A stretch of DNA of 64,000 nucleotides from NCBI RefSeq assembly GCF_009914755.1, contig NC_060930.1. One strand, 5' to 3'. Position 1 is the first letter of the stretch, and each line of letters begins with the position of its first letter. The stretch is from the human T2T-CHM13v2.0 reference genome, Homo sapiens. The notes under the pieces were generated by a model. The model worked only from the letters and a program-made list of their open reading frames with translations, did not search any database and was not told where the DNA came from. Shown here one piece after another: positions 16,421-31,780 of this stretch. The translations under genes and the position numbers were made by a program.

Positions 16421-16947
16421 CCAAGTAGTTCACCTTTGGCAAAGGAAAACTGGGGATCAGGATTGAGAGAAATATTTATTTTCCACCTTATTTTTTTTCC
16501 TTTTTACCATGTGCATGCATTAGTTTTTTAAAACACGCAAACAAAAATTATTCAAATATTCCATAAATTCCAAAGTGTTATCTGGAAAAACAGGAGGACA
16601 AAATGCTCGACATTTTGATAATGACTAATGCAGAAGGATTGACCCTACCAGATGGTGAAACCTGCTATAAACATAGAAAAACAGTGAAGAACAGACAGAA
16701 GAACTAACAGAGCAATCAGTGCAACAGAAAAAATCACTTAAGATTCAATCTGAGCAAAATAATATATGATATCAAAAACATGCAAAAGTAAAGGGATTAT
16801 TCATTAATGCCATTGAGTAAATTGTAAGCTAATTATTTGGAATAACATTTATTTAAGATGTTATCTGACATCATATGCTAAATATATGACAATTAAATTG
16901 AAGAAAGAGATGTAAAACTGAAGAATAAAAATAAAAAAATACATATC

Positions 16948-16971
16948 TGTGTGTGTCTGTTTGCATGTGTG

Positions 16972-17011
<40 letters not shown>
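16948..17011. repeat. (TG)n microsatellite
   Basis: Directly visible. Confidence 0.97.
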
Positions 17012-17014
<3 letters not shown>

Positions 17015-17329
17015 ATCTGGGAGGACCTGATCCCTGGTTAAGGAAGGACTTTTTTCACACAAGGCACAATGGAGGAAATAATCTGGGGAGGATGGAGCAA
17101 TTTTGTCAGCAGCATCAAAATTCTAAAAGTCCACTTTTAAAATATAAGCAAAATGCAAGACCATGAGTTTTGAATAATCATCAACAACAAATAAAACAAG
17201 GAGCTATTAGCATTGTATACAAAACACAATTACAAATCAAGAAGTAAAACATTAAGATGTTAAATGAAAAACAGCAAAGGAAATGCACTGACCACAGGAA
17301 AAAAAGGTAAAGCACACATAACTCATTTA

Positions 17330-17480
17330 ATTATATCTTTGATGCATATATAATTTTTCCCCAATTTAGAGATGAAAACTGACACTCAGAGAAAATTAGT
17401 AGATTGCCCAAGATCAAAAAGCCAACAAGTAGTAAGCTGAGATCTAAACTAAAAATTTAGTTTACTCCAAGCCTTATGTA
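17330..17480 (-). mobile_element. MIR fragment
   Basis: GATGAAAACTGACACTCAGAGA...TTGCCCAAGATCA. Confidence 0.7.
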
Positions 17481-17854
17481 TTTTTAGATACTGTTGTGTA
17501 TCTCTACATAAATATATAATATAGCAGTAAGAGTATGTCACTACCAAAAGTAAAATTGAAGAAAACTCTGTTTTACGCAAGTAATTGATGAATTGATGTA
17601 GCATTTTTCTGAGTTTCCTTTCTAGATTAGGTCATTATACCTAATTAGTTCAGAGCATATTTTTACCACTTTTTGCTAGTGAAATAGTCCAATGTTACCC
17701 ATATGAGAGTTCATGTTTTGACAGTGCAAATGGAAAAACAAATGTAAATATCTCAGTGAGAAAATACTAAATGCATTATTGCATTTGAATATTGTTTTAT
17801 CCTATATAGCACAGTTTATCAGGAAGCCAGAAATCAAGTAGCAATAACCACCTA

Positions 17855-18174
<320 letters not shown>

Positions 18175-18760
18175 ATTCTGAACTTACGAAAGTACCACTA
18201 GGCATGTATTACTACCAAGAAGAAACTGAAATTATAATAGCATTAGCAATATCTAATTTGAAATTTTGTTTGCATTATTTAAAATAATGTTATAACCATA
18301 TAAAATCTAAAGATGTTTCTATTTAAAAGTTAATATGTATATTCTAGTTAAATCAGATTCCTCATCAAATTGTAGGCCTAAAGTGCTATTACTGCTGAAG
18401 TTAACTGGAATTAACCGACTGCTAGAGAAGAAAAGATAATGTCACTTTGGTGAGAGAGGTTAACTCTGAAGCTTTTATAAATTCTTGACAAATCCAAGAT
18501 CTATTTCAGTTTTAAGACATCTGTTACTCTGCAAATGGCCTCTCTCCTCCCTCTTCCTCCCTCATTTTTCTAGAGTCACCAGTTTACTTCAGCTGAGAAT
18601 TTTCATTAATCCTAATATTAGTGCTTTATGTCTCTTATTGCTTTCTTCCGAAGACTCACCCCATAATAATACAACATCTTCTATTCCAAAATTTATAGGC
18701 AGTGTTGAAAGGGGTAATTATCTTTACTCTAGAGTCTACACAATCACTATCTACAAGTGA

Positions 18761-18766
<6 letters not shown>

Positions 18767-18795
<29 letters not shown>
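18767..18795. repeat. (GA)n microsatellite
   Basis: Directly visible. Confidence 0.95.
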
Positions 18796-18799
<4 letters not shown>

Positions 18800-19691
18800 G
18801 TGGGTGGGGTGGAGTGGAAGAAGGTGGTGGTGGAAACAAGATAGAGGATGGAAGGGAGAAAAACTGTGGTTGGTTGAACTGTTTAAACCTATCCACTATA
18901 GCTCAGGTACATTTATTTGTGGATGCATGTATAAATGGAAGGGGAGGAGAAGATGAGGGTGTTAAGTGCCAAATTTCAGCTTCAACAATAAGCATTTCTG
19001 CCAATTGGCATGACTTCAAATATCCCCTCATCAAACAGATGGCATGCAAGTTGTATCAGTGGAAAATATGACACTTCTTTAAAATGCATATAATGAGTTA
19101 GATGTTATAAGGTTGAAACTGAAAGTTTAAATTGGTTTTATCTTACACTTATACCTCTACTAATAAAACTCTGCAGAATATAGAATATTATTAATACACC
19201 CACTTAGACCACTTTAGCTCAGGCTCCTCAAATATACTGTGAATGAATATGATATTTATTTCTATGGAACAAATATGCTAATATCATCTAAATAAGAGCT
19301 CAAAAAATAGAGAGCCACGTTGTATTTATTATTGCTCTGGGTGCTAGAAAAGTTTTTAAGAATGGAAACATAGAAATTATGGGGAGCATAGGCATTTTAA
19401 TTATTCATCTAATGCATAGATATGCATCTCACTAAAAGTCACATAAGTATTTTCTTTTCTCTTAAGTTCTTGAAAAGATCAAAGTCCAAGTGCTGTTTGA
19501 CGAGCTGTAGTTTACAGGGCCTTTAAAAAAATAAGCATATTGCACCAGAATTTTTCATCTTTTTATAAATATGAAATACAGTTTTCTTCACTGCATATAT
19601 TCATAGCAATGTCTGTGACAAGAAGTGGACAGTAGTTGCAGCAGTTTAATATTCCTAAATGATATCCTGGATGTCACAAAATGGTCTATTT

Positions 19692-19922
19692 CAGAAGCAC
19701 CAATGAATTACGACAACAACTGAGTCCCCATCACTGGGGATTTTTATTTGTGCACACTTTATGTTTTAAATACACACCATTTGTAGAAACACTTACAAAT
19801 GGTCATACTCTATGCAGAATAGTAAAACAGATGTCGCTGCCATCTCGCAATATGCCAAAATATACTTGGTCCAAGGAACAAGGGCCAAATTTCACCCTGG
19901 AAAGTAACAAACTGCAGGGTCT
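19692..19922 (+). repeat. Apparently unique segment; source copy of the direct repeat at 21195-21425
   Basis: Ungapped 231 bp match with 13 substitutions by manual count. Confidence 0.97.
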
Positions 19923-20129
19923 CTAGTATTTCAGTAATCACCAAGGCTAATTACTCCATTTCAATTCCACATTCTCCCAAACGAGGAGTTTTGGAGATTA
20001 TAATTCTCATCATGTTAAGGCTCAGGTAAAAAAAAAAAAGAAAAGAAAGAGTAAACGGAGCTTAAAAAAAAACCCAGATACTTAGTGTTAAAGATCATCA
20101 TGTTAAAAGGTGCTTTTCATTTTAAATTT

Positions 20130-20500
20130 ACTTTTTTAATATAAAATTCAAAATATTCAAAAGGTAATAGGAAAAAAATAGCCTCCCCTGTCCCCTAGCA
20201 GGTTTCCTTTGACAAAGCCATCAGTTTCTTGTGAATCACTCCAGAGACATTCCTATGCATAAGCAAGCAAATATATGCTTCTCTCTCCCTTTTATTAAAG
20301 TAAATGAGGCTCACTAAATGCATCATTCTACACCTTGCTCTTCTCAATTTATCTCAGAGATTGTTTCATGTCAGTACATGGGGAAAATCTTTTTTGTTGC
20401 ATAATGGTCAATTATATAGGTATCCAATTAATTGTTAAAATTCCCTATTGATGAATATTTAGATCCCTTCCCATCTTGTACTATTATAAACAAAGCTATA
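20130..20500 (-). mobile_element. Old L1ME 3' fragment
   Basis: ATCAGTTTCTTGTGAATCACTCCAGAGA...CCCTATTGATGAATATTTAG resembles a reverse L1ME 3' UTR. Confidence 0.55.
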
Positions 20501-21094
20501 TAACATATATATATTATGAACAAACAAAGCTATATATATATATAATACTTCTAGCCTAGGACTCTGCTTAGATCCTAAACCCTCTAATTATTTACTATAT
20601 TGGTTGAAATAGCACAGAAGCACATTGTCATACTTGAGACCATTTCATCTGGTGATTTTACCCCTTACAATCCTTTCCAACTCCAGTTGCCAAGTATAAC
20701 AGTAGGTTCTTGGTGAAGTGTAATTAAGGGTGATGTGGCATATTAAATTTCATCAAAATTCTAAATGACATTACCAATATTCAAAATATTGCCTTTATTT
20801 GAGGATCTGTTTGACCCTAATTAGTGAACTCAACTTGGCTTTCTTTGTCTTTTCTAGGGGAAGAAGAATCGGAAGGGAGTAAACCACATTAATTATAGAT
20901 TTGTGGCATCACTTATGACCTTTCTTATTTCAGAACTCTTGGAGCATCAATATTAGGCAGATTAACACTTAACTTCTCTATTTGAGAGCACATTTCAGAG
21001 ACCTTTGCAAACTATAATGGTTCAACTATGGTTCACTTAGGCAGCAAAAGAATTACTAGAAGGATATTGGGAGCCGATAAAAATGTCTAGGGGC

Positions 21095-21618
<524 letters not shown>

Positions 21619-21802
21619 GATATCTAGGGACAAGGCTTGGAAAACAGAATGGAACTAATGCAACTCCAAGAGGGTCAGGAAGCAGAACATCTGAATAAGA
21701 TACCACCTCAAGTCATCCAGAAAAAAATGTCTGTGGGACACGATGGCCACTGTCACTGAAGATTCTTGCAGTGGCCACCAATGAATCTCTACCATCCCTC
21801 AG

Positions 21803-22044
21803 CAGTGTTTTTCAATTTTTCTTATTTTTGTCCCACATTAAGTAATATATTTTGCATAGTATTCAGAGCATACATACACATGTTTTACTAAACCAATGTC
21901 ATTAAATAAAACGACTCATTCCTATGTGCAATGCATTCTAATATCATATGTTCTCTCCTACTTTTTTTTTAATGCTGGTTGCAACCTGCTAAATTGATTT
22001 CAATACCCACTAATAGGTCAGGACCTGCAGTTTGAAAAACACTG
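21803..22044. mobile_element. Non-autonomous hAT-Charlie DNA transposon
   Basis: Terminal inverted repeats CAGTGTTTTTCAA / TTGAAAAACACTG. hAT-type CTCTAGAG flank. Confidence 0.8.
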
Positions 22045-22309
22045 CTCTAGAGAGATTGATTTAGAGCGCAGTGTCACAGCTAATAAGTAAAATGATCAAG
22101 CCTGTGGAGGAGGTAAAGAGTAAAGAAAGTAGAAGACCATTCTGCATTTGGAAGGGGCAGGGTAGAAAGAATGGAATATGACGCTTGCAGACACATCCTT
22201 TATCAGCAGAATGAAACCAGCATGACCTCAGTTTAATACTAAACGAATGATCAACCCACACACATCACCACTTAGCAGTGTAGCAGTACAAATCATGGCT
22301 TTTCTGACA

Positions 22310-22503
22310 AGGAAAGAAGGAAAGAAGGAAAGAAGGAAGGAAGGAAGGAGGGAGGGAGGGAGGGAGGGAGGGAGGGAGGGAGGGAGGGAAGGAAGGAAGG
22401 AAGACAGGGGAGAAAAAGGGAGGAAGGGATAGAAGAACAATGGAAAGAAGGAAGGAAGGGAAGGAAGAAAGAAGGGAGGGAGAAAGGAAAGGAGGGAGGA
22501 AGA
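22310..22503. repeat. Polypurine (GGAA)n/(GGGA)n tract
   Basis: Directly visible. Confidence 0.96.
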
Positions 22504-24699
22504 ACATTTTAAATGTTTCTTTAGTATGTAATCCAGCAGCGAATTCAATGTAATTGCTATGAAAAACACCCATTTATTTCAGAAGCAATAATTGCTTTCC
22601 TGTGTCCTTTTGAGCTTAATTACACTAGTTCCTTTCCCCCACCATTACTTAGGCTGGAGTCTGGTTGCCTGATATGTGTTGTCAACACAGTAAGACTCAT
22701 AAAATGAAAAAGAGTCATCTTGCAAGATCCAGCTGCTTCCATACACATTCACCTCCAGATTGTAGGCTAAATTCTGGCCACGTTGCATGCCATGAAATAA
22801 ATCCAGACTCAGTGTTGAAGTTATGTGCTGAGACCCACAACGTTCCTAATGTTGTACTCAATTTTGTGAAGTCTGTGGTTAGATGACATTCTCCTTAGTC
22901 TCTCCCTCTTGTTCTCATCAAGTGGCAACTACCTCTTTTCTGGGAACATTCCACCTTCCTGCAAGGTTTCAGCCTTGGCATTTATTCCTTCTGCAGTTCT
23001 AAAGTTAGTAGAGAACTAGAAATATTTCATTTCCTTGATTATGCCTCCACTCTTTCAAATCACTCCCGGGAAATGTCAAAACCAGAAGAGAGATCTTGTA
23101 GATGGTGACTGAATTGAAATTGTGCAGAAGAGTGGCCTGTCTTAATGAAATAATCCAGGACACCCACATTAGCTGGTGAGTCTCTCAGCCGAAGGAAAGC
23201 ATTTCCTCACTGGCTTTCGTGCTCAGGGGATAATATAACCCTCACTGGCTGTCTGGAAGGCCTCAATAGTCCAGGAAAGGCCAGCTGGAATCTCCAAGCT
23301 AATTAACCATGCCCTGCGTGGCAGATGCTCCTCACTGTGATTTCTTCAGCTGCAGAGTGAAAACCAGGAGTTCTATTTCTATTTTTAGTCACGTTTGTAA
23401 TAATGAAATGAAAAATAAGTGACTTCTTGAACTCCTGTTACATGTCAGTCAGAGAGAGCAAATATAGCTCACTGTGACAGTTACTGAGTTAGAGCTAAAG
23501 AATTTCTCAGCAGTTCAGTGGTGTGAATTTGCACATTCTTAAAGCTGGTTGTTTCCTGGATGCACTGTCTCTGCAGATAAAATGTGAAACGTGGTGTGGA
23601 AGCATATTTGGCATTCACAGGTGACAATCAGATTCTTCTAAACCTAATTATAGCATAAAAGATGATCAGCAAAGAGCTGGATTCCTAAATGTGGTGGGTG
23701 GTGAGGCCGTGTCATTACCGCGAGACTTCCCTCTCACTTCCTCTCAGCCCCAGCCTCATAAACCTCAAAACCACCATGATGGAGAAGGGACAGTATGTTA
23801 TATAAAATGAAAATTATCAGCCACTGGGGTCAAAAAGAAAATCTAAGACAGACAAGAAGTGCTTTTTAAAAAGCAGGGGAAATAAATGCAAATTGTTTCT
23901 AAATGTTACTTTTGATCCTTCTGGTAATTCATAAATAAAATATTACACCTGTTGTTTCCTGATTTGATTTTGTCTATTATTCTTTCATGTTGACATCCTA
24001 ATCAGATTTTACTAAGGATCAGTTCTTTAATTTAGCAAATTATTTGGAAAGAAATAACTCGATAGACAGCATTTTAAAAGAATCATTCATAGCTCATAAT
24101 AAAGTTTCCATTTTATGTCAGGGAATACCTAACTTGTAAAGACTACTTTAAGTTACTTCTATTATAGTGGCTTAATGTTCAATGTTCCATAGTACCTAAA
24201 AGATGATGCTCATACCATATCTTATATACACATACCTCTGAAGACAAGAGTAAAGCAAAAGAATTGGTTGTAAGACTATTTAAGGAACAAATCCCCAGTT
24301 TCCTTCCCTAATTGCAGCCAACCAACTGCTTTTCTCTCACCCAGCAGTAAACTAGAGGTTTCCCCCCAGAAAAGGTAAAGCAGACGACTGGACTGGCAGG
24401 TGCCAGGAACTGTTGCGAATGGGAAGATGGTACCTAAAACAAGGTTAAGAAAAAAATAATGTGTCTACCAAGTTCTCTCTTCTTCAAGTTATGTGCCCAG
24501 GACAGTTCATCACATTCTGATTAGGCATACTTTTAAAATCCAACCAAACTTAAAAAAAAAAAATTGGTAGAATCCAATAACCGGAGAGAAACAACTTTAA
24601 AACTTTACAGGTCATCCTAAAAAGAAACTAGATCCATAGAAATAATTAGTAAGTTTTGTTACACATTAAGCTCAGTCTCATGCTATATAAATAAACTAT

Positions 24700-25740
24700 T
24701 CCAAACTGTTGGATTTTTTTAAGCATGCAGCTTTTTAAGTTTATCTTACCATGCTGGTGTAAACTAAATAACAACACCTATAAAATACAAAATAAAAATA
24801 AAGCTACAGTTCATTTTCACCATAAATACATTTATAAAAATAATCATAAAATACTATTAAATCAAATTCAGCCATTGAATGATATTCAATGGCAAGTAGA
24901 GGGAAAGCAAAAAATGGCTTAAAATAAGAGATTTATTAATAAAATATACACTATTAATAGGCAAAAAACCACCTCCAATTATCGAATTGGGTTAACAGAT
25001 ATCTGTAAATTATCTGCTAATTTTCAACAAATACTCCAGATTTTAAAGTAACAAAATCCCTAATAAAATAAAAATGACAAAATACTTTCTTAACATAATA
25101 GAGAAGACATATTTTAATGAAAATCCAATCTCATATATTACTGAGAAACATTAAAGGAATTATTCTAAAGTGAGGAACAATGCACACATAAAATGCATAT
25201 AGGTACTGCTATTGTTTGACATCATCTGGAATTTCTGATTGATGCAATAAAAAAATTAAATCAAAATTATAGTAATTTGAAAGATCATCCATGTGCAAAC
25301 TCAAATGGATCAACTGAGGAATAATTTTAAAGTATCAACAGAATACATACATATGGCTGTTACAAAAATGATAGCTTGCTTTTTTAAAGACCAAGAATAT
25401 CCGGTTAGAAAATGTAATGAGATGAGAGTTTATTAAGCACAAGAAAATTTACTATCTCTAGGAATAAACATCTGAAAATATCTGCAGGATCTATAGAGTA
25501 AATATTTCTCAGAAACGTGAGAAGAACCTGACTAAATAGGAAGACAATATGGTAAACATTGCAATTCTTCTCAAGCTAATTACTGTTGTAATGACTTTCA
25601 ATTTAAATATGGATTAAGATTTTTAAGACTGTAAAAATGATTCTAAAGTTCATATAGCTGAAAGAATAAGTGGAATGGAAGAAGTCAAAAAAGTTTATAT
25701 AAAATAACAAGGGAATTGTTTTCATCAGTTAAAACGGAGT
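24700..25740 (+). mobile_element. Highly decayed L1M ORF2 region
   Basis: A-rich, with remnants such as TATTGTTTGACATCATCTGGAA and CTAGGAATAAAC. Confidence 0.55.
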
Positions 25741-25749
25741 ACCTTAAAC

Positions 25750-26655
25750 TACAAAGCATAGTAACCAAAATAGCATGGGACCAGCATAAAAATAGACACA
25801 TATAGCAGTGGAACAGAATAGGGAACCCAGAAATAAATCCACACATATACAGTTAACTCATTTTCAACAAAGGTGCAAAGAACACGCACTGGGAAAAAGT
25901 CTCTTTAATGAATTGTGCTGGGGTACCCATATGAGGAAGAATAAAACTGGATCCCTCTCTCTTATCATATACAAAAGTCAAATACAAATGGATTAAAAAC
26001 TTAAATATAACACCTGAAACTATGAAACTACTAGAATAAAACAATGGGGAAACACTTTAGGACATCGGTCTGGGCAAAGATTTCTTGAGTAAGCCCTCAA
26101 AAGCACAGGCAACCAAAGAAATAAATTTAAAAATGGGATTACATTAAGCTTAAAACCCTCTGCACAGCAAAGAACACAATCAGACGACCCACCAAATGGG
26201 AGAAAATATTTGCAAACTATTCAACTGACAAGAGATTAACAACCGGAATATATGAGTAACCCAAACAACAACTCAATAGCAAAAAATAAAAATAAAAAAG
26301 TCTGATTTAAGAATGATAAAGGATCTGAATAGACATTTCTCAAAGGTAGACATACAAATGGCCATCAGGTATTTGAAAATATGCACAATCATTAAGGTAC
26401 AAAAATCTCCTTAGAAAGGAAAATAAGATGTAGTGTTCAGTACCACAATAGGATGACTATAGTTAACAATAATTCATTATATATTTCAAAATAACTAGAA
26501 GAGTAGATTTAGAATGTTCCCAACACAAAGAAATGATAAATGTTTGAAACAGTATCTCATTTAACCAGATTTGGTCATTACACATTGTGTGTTTGTATCC
26601 AAATATCACATGTACCCTCTAAATATGTACGACTGCCATGTATCATAAAAATAAA
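25750..26655 (+). mobile_element. L1MA-type 3' portion with an internal deletion
   Basis: ORF2 end (GGAACAGAATAGGGAACCCAGAAATAAATCC) jumps near 26393 to the L1MA 3' UTR (GACTATAGTTAACAATAAT...TATCACATGTACCC). Confidence 0.85.
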
Positions 26656-26867
26656 ATTTTTAAATTTTCTAAAATACTAAGATTTAGTGAATAACATGAG
26701 AACAGTCAGAATAAGTGAAGTATCACAGAAAAGGCACAAAGAGACACTAATGTAAATCAGAATTTAGTATTATAACAGTAGAATTGTGTATCAGCAACAA
26801 AAAGATTGTCCTATTGATAATGCTAGTATAATTGCCTAAGTGTCTAGAAATTTTAAACTAGGTCTTC

Positions 26868-27210
<343 letters not shown>

Positions 27211-27747
27211 TTACACTCTTATCCAAAATATACTCCAGATGAATCAGTTAGAAGAAATAAATGAATAAACAAATAAACTATAGAAGAGTCAGGTGAAAAT
27301 GTATGTGAATATGCACAAAGCACAAAAGAAGACAGGAATTTGTCAGTAACTTAATTGAAGGAAGGAATCCTAAAAGGAAAGATTTGTAGACTCCACTACA
27401 AAATAATCAAAATCTTCTTTATATCATGAGCCTTTATAAATAATAAAAAAGACAGACAACTAAAAGAGACATATGCATCAGGCAAAGTGTAAATATTTAA
27501 TTTATGAACACTCAAAAGACAAAATAGCAAATAAATACATTTTAAAAAGGGATCATGGACACAAAAGCAGAAATGTAAATGGCCAGTAAACAAATTTTTT
27601 TCAACACTGAAATACTAATTTGGTCTATCAGATTTGTACCAGCTGTATATCTACCTAGCCATCTATCCATCCATCTATCCATCTGTCTATCTACATCCAA
27701 GATTTATAGGAATGGAGGGAAATTTGTACTTGTATAATCTATTTAGA

Positions 27748-27957
27748 AAGAGTATTGTGAATCTTTTCTGTCAGAGACTAACTAGTAAATATTTCCAGCA
27801 GGTGGGCCATGTGAGTCTCTGCCACAACTACTAAATGCTGCTGTTGTAGCATAAAAGCAGCCATAGACAAAAGGACATGGCTGTGTTCCAATAAAACTTT
27901 ATTAGCAGAAACAAGCTGTGAGCTAGATTTGGCCTGTGGGCCACAGTCACATACCCC
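27748..27957 (+). mobile_element. MER58A MITE
   Basis: AAAGCAGCCATAGACA...GGCTGTGTTCCAATAAAACTTTATT...GATTTGGCCTGTGGGCC. Confidence 0.85.
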
Positions 27958-28329
27958 TAATTTAGAGGAAAAGTTGCAACACTTTTGTAGAATGATTTGT
28001 CCAATATATATTAAAAGCTTTAAAAAAGACTTATTATTTGACCAAGCAATTCCCTTTTAGGAATGTATTCTGTAGAAACCTTCAAGCTTATGAGTGATGA
28101 TAATTATCAAAGAATTTATTTAATGTCTAATCATAAGGTTTTATATAAACAAATTATGCTGTACAGTGGATAACCATGCCATATTCCAAAATTATGTCAT
28201 AGAAAAAAATGACATCAACAAATATTTATAACCAATTGAAAACAGCAGGTATCCATAGAGCATATATGACCCTACATTCCTAACACATGCATGTACACAC
28301 AACACAATAGAGGTTAACAGAATAGAATT

Positions 28330-28500
28330 GCAAATCAGACTGCCTGAGTTCAAATTCAGGCTTCACAACTTTCTGTATGAATTTGATCAAACCATTTAAC
28401 CTTTCTAAATCTCATTCTCTTAATCTGTGAAATGGAAAGACTAATTGCACTTAGCTCATGGAAGTGTCATGAGAAGTAAATAAGATAATACATATGATAA
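28330..28500 (+). mobile_element. MIR (interrupted by MLT1A)
   Basis: CAGACTGCCTGAGTTCAAATTC...ATCTGTGAAATGG. Confidence 0.8.
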
Positions 28501-28503
28501 TAC

Positions 28504-28866
28504 TGTCTTTGTTCATTCAGGCTGCTATAACAAAATACCACATATTGAGTAGTTTATAAACAACAGAAATTTATTTCTCACAGTTTTGGAGACTGAGAAG
28601 TCCAAGATCAAGGTGCCTGCAGATTCGGGGTTGGGTGAGGTTCTGCTTCTTGGTTCACAGATGCCTGTTTCCTCACTGTGTTCTCACATGGCAGAAGGGG
28701 CAGGAAAGCTGTCTGGATCTCTTTTAGAAGAGCATTAAGCCCATTCATTAGTGCTCTGCCCTCATGACCTAATTAGTTGCTAAAGGCCCCACCTCCAAAT
28801 ATCAACACATTGGATTTTAGGTTTCAACACATAATTTTTAATGGGACACAAATTCAAAATACAGCA
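28504..28866 (-). mobile_element. MaLR LTR, MLT1A0-like
   Basis: CAGGCTGCTATAACAAAATACCA...GCCCTCATGACCTAAT. TSD AATAC at both ends. Confidence 0.88.
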
Positions 28867-29090
28867 AATACTTAGAATGACTCAGTAAATGCCATATCTA
28901 TACATATCTAAAATATCTAGTATATTTATAATCTTCTATTATCTTCTTTGTGCTTTCATATATCTTCTAATGTTCATACAACATATATATTATTTTTTAA
29001 TTGTATGAAAAAAAGATAACATTTTGCATTTGACAATTTCATAAGCCACTTTCAATCTCATTGTAAAGTAAAATTATCTATTGGTAATAG

Positions 29091-29432
<342 letters not shown>

Positions 29433-29903
29433 TGAACTGGCCCCCAAAGCAGAACCTATGTTTGATCTTAAAGAAGCAATTTCACAGCTTGCTTATACCC
29501 TTTTCCCTCAGAGAAAGAAATTTAGGCTTTTTTTTTTTTTTTTAATCTCAGGTGAGACAGACTTGGATTTTAGGCTGGTAGAAAATTGTCTCATTGGTAA
29601 CTAACAGTCACAGTGACCTGGCCTAAGGCAGGAAGATGAAACGTTTACCCAGTTTCAAGAGCACGTGCCCTGGCAGGAAATACCCCTTAGAGCAAATCCA
29701 TGTGACCCTTACTTATTCGAATAAATCAATAGATCCGAACACATTTCCTCTAGGATTTGAGTCCAGAAATGTTCTCGATGTATAGCAGACTCATTTTCTG
29801 CTCCTAAGTACGCTCTTATTTAAAATCAAGCAATCCTCCTCCCTTATCCTTATGGGGATTCTGAGGAATAAGCCATTGAAATCGAAGTAAAATTCAAGGT
29901 GGA

Positions 29904-30457
29904 GCAAAAATTTTCTCCCACTCTGTAGGTTGTCTGTTTACTCTGTTGATAGTTTCTTTTGCTGTGCAGAAGGTCTTTAGTTTAATTAGATTTCATTTGT
30001 CAATTTTTGCTTTTTTTACAATTGCTTTTGGCATGTTCATCATGAAATCTTTGCTTGTGCCCATGTCCTGAATGGTATTGCCTAGGTTGTCTTCCAGGGT
30101 TTTTATAGTTGTGGGTTTTATATTTAAATCTTTAATCCATCTTGAGTTAATTTTTGTATATGGTGTAAGAAAGGGGTCCAGTTTTAATCTTCTGCATATG
30201 ACTAGCCAGAAGACAATGTGGTGATTCCTCAAAGACCCAAAGACAGAAATACCATTTGACCTAGCAATCCCATTACTGGATATATATACCCAAAGGAATA
30301 TAAATCATTATATTATAAAGACACGTGCACACACATGTTCATTGCAATACTATTCACAATAGGAAAGACATTAAATCAAACTTAATGCCCATCAGTGATA
30401 GACTGTATAAAGAAAATGTGGTAAATATACACCATGGAATACTATGCAGCCATTGAA
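29904..30457. mobile_element. L1P fragment: inverted ORF2 piece (29904-30209, minus) fused to a sense piece (30210-30457); no 3' UTR
   Basis: Minus ORF ...[22 protein letters not shown]... joins directly to sense AAGACAATGTGGTGATTCCTCAAAG. Confidence 0.9.
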
Positions 30458-30493
30458 AAATCCAGGGTTTAAATCCAAATCTCTCTGCGGAGC

Positions 30494-30858
30494 TCATATG
30501 ATTTGACTCTGTGTCCACACCCAAATCTCGTGTCAAATTGTAATCCCCATGTGTCAGAGGAGGGATCTGGTGGGAGGTGATGGGATCATAGGGGTGGATT
30601 TGCCCCATGCTCTTCTAGTGATAGGGAGTGAGTTCTCACAAGATCTGATGGTTTAAAAGTGTGGCATTTCCCCCCAACTCACTCTCTTCTGCCATCTTGC
30701 AAAGAAGATGCTTGCTTCTCCTTTGCCTTCCACTATGATTGTAAATTTCCTGAGCCCTTCCCAGCCATGCAGAATGGAGAGTAAATTAAACATATTTTCT
30801 TTATAAATTACCCAGTCTCAGGTAGTTCTTTACAGTAGTGTGAAAACAGACTAATACA
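30494..30858 (+). mobile_element. MaLR LTR, MSTA-like
   Basis: CTCTGTGTCCACACCCAAATCTC...ATAAATTACCCAGTCTCAGG...CAGACTAATACA. Confidence 0.9.
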
Positions 30859-31619
30859 AAAGGCTAAGTTCCTAAACACTGCATAGCAGCAGAATCTGGA
30901 GATGTCATTTACTCATTCAGTGAATAGTTATTGACACTGACTCTAGTAAGGCCTTGTGCTAGGGATCCTGATCATTCAACCCACAAATACAAGAAGTCAG
31001 GGAAGTAAAGCCATTGCAAGTGACTTCAGGCAGAAGTGGGGACTTGACATGAAGACATACACAAGTAAACGTTCCACACATACAAAGGAATTCAGTCGAA
31101 CCAAACATGTTCATTGAGTGCCTGTAAGCACCAGACACTCTGCTTGGAGTTGGAGATGAAAATCCAGTTCTTGCCAGTGTCCGTTATATTTACTCACTGC
31201 TGTGGCCTCAGCACCAAACCTCAAAAGTATTTGTGTGAGGAAGAAAGAATGCAAAATTATGAGTTTTATTTCAGGGTAATGAATAAATTCTGTGCAGAGG
31301 GCATCAGAAAGGGAAAGTGGGAGGTCAGAAATACTTCAAAGAAAAAGTAACTGAGCCTTGAAAAATGAGTAAGTTTTTATAATGAGGTTTTTAGACCAAT
31401 GTGCCCCAGTTATCCTACTTGAATTTCTTGTCACAATCCTGTGTTTTAGGGGTTTCTTAAGGCTCTGAATCTATGAATACAATTTTAGAAATGTAAAGGT
31501 GAATGTTGCTAGATTAATCTTCCAAAACTGGAAATTCTTATTTATATCTTCCACATATTGCTCCAGTCTTTACATAAAGTACTTGTTTATACATGATCTC
31601 ATTCTATGAAGCTTCAATG

Positions 31620-31780
31620 TATTTTTGTGTGTACATATATATGCACACAAATCTATGTATGTGTATATATGTATAGGTATATATAGTGTGCATGCATACA
31701 TAGATGCATACATAAAATCACCCCACATACATATATATGTACAAATCACACAGTAAGAAAATATATATATACACACATAT
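31620..31780. repeat. Degenerate (TA/TG/CA)n repeat
   Basis: Alternating purine-pyrimidine tract. Confidence 0.8.

Noticed and set aside
19681-19926. 81 aa ORF spanning the duplicated source segment, read as a retrocopied mini-gene
   Set aside because: No recognisable protein, and the copy lacks polyA and TSD, so retroposition of an mRNA is not supported.
22228-22573. Pro/Ser/Leu- or Gly/Arg/Glu-rich ORFs
   Set aside because: They are translations of the GGAA/GGGA repeat.
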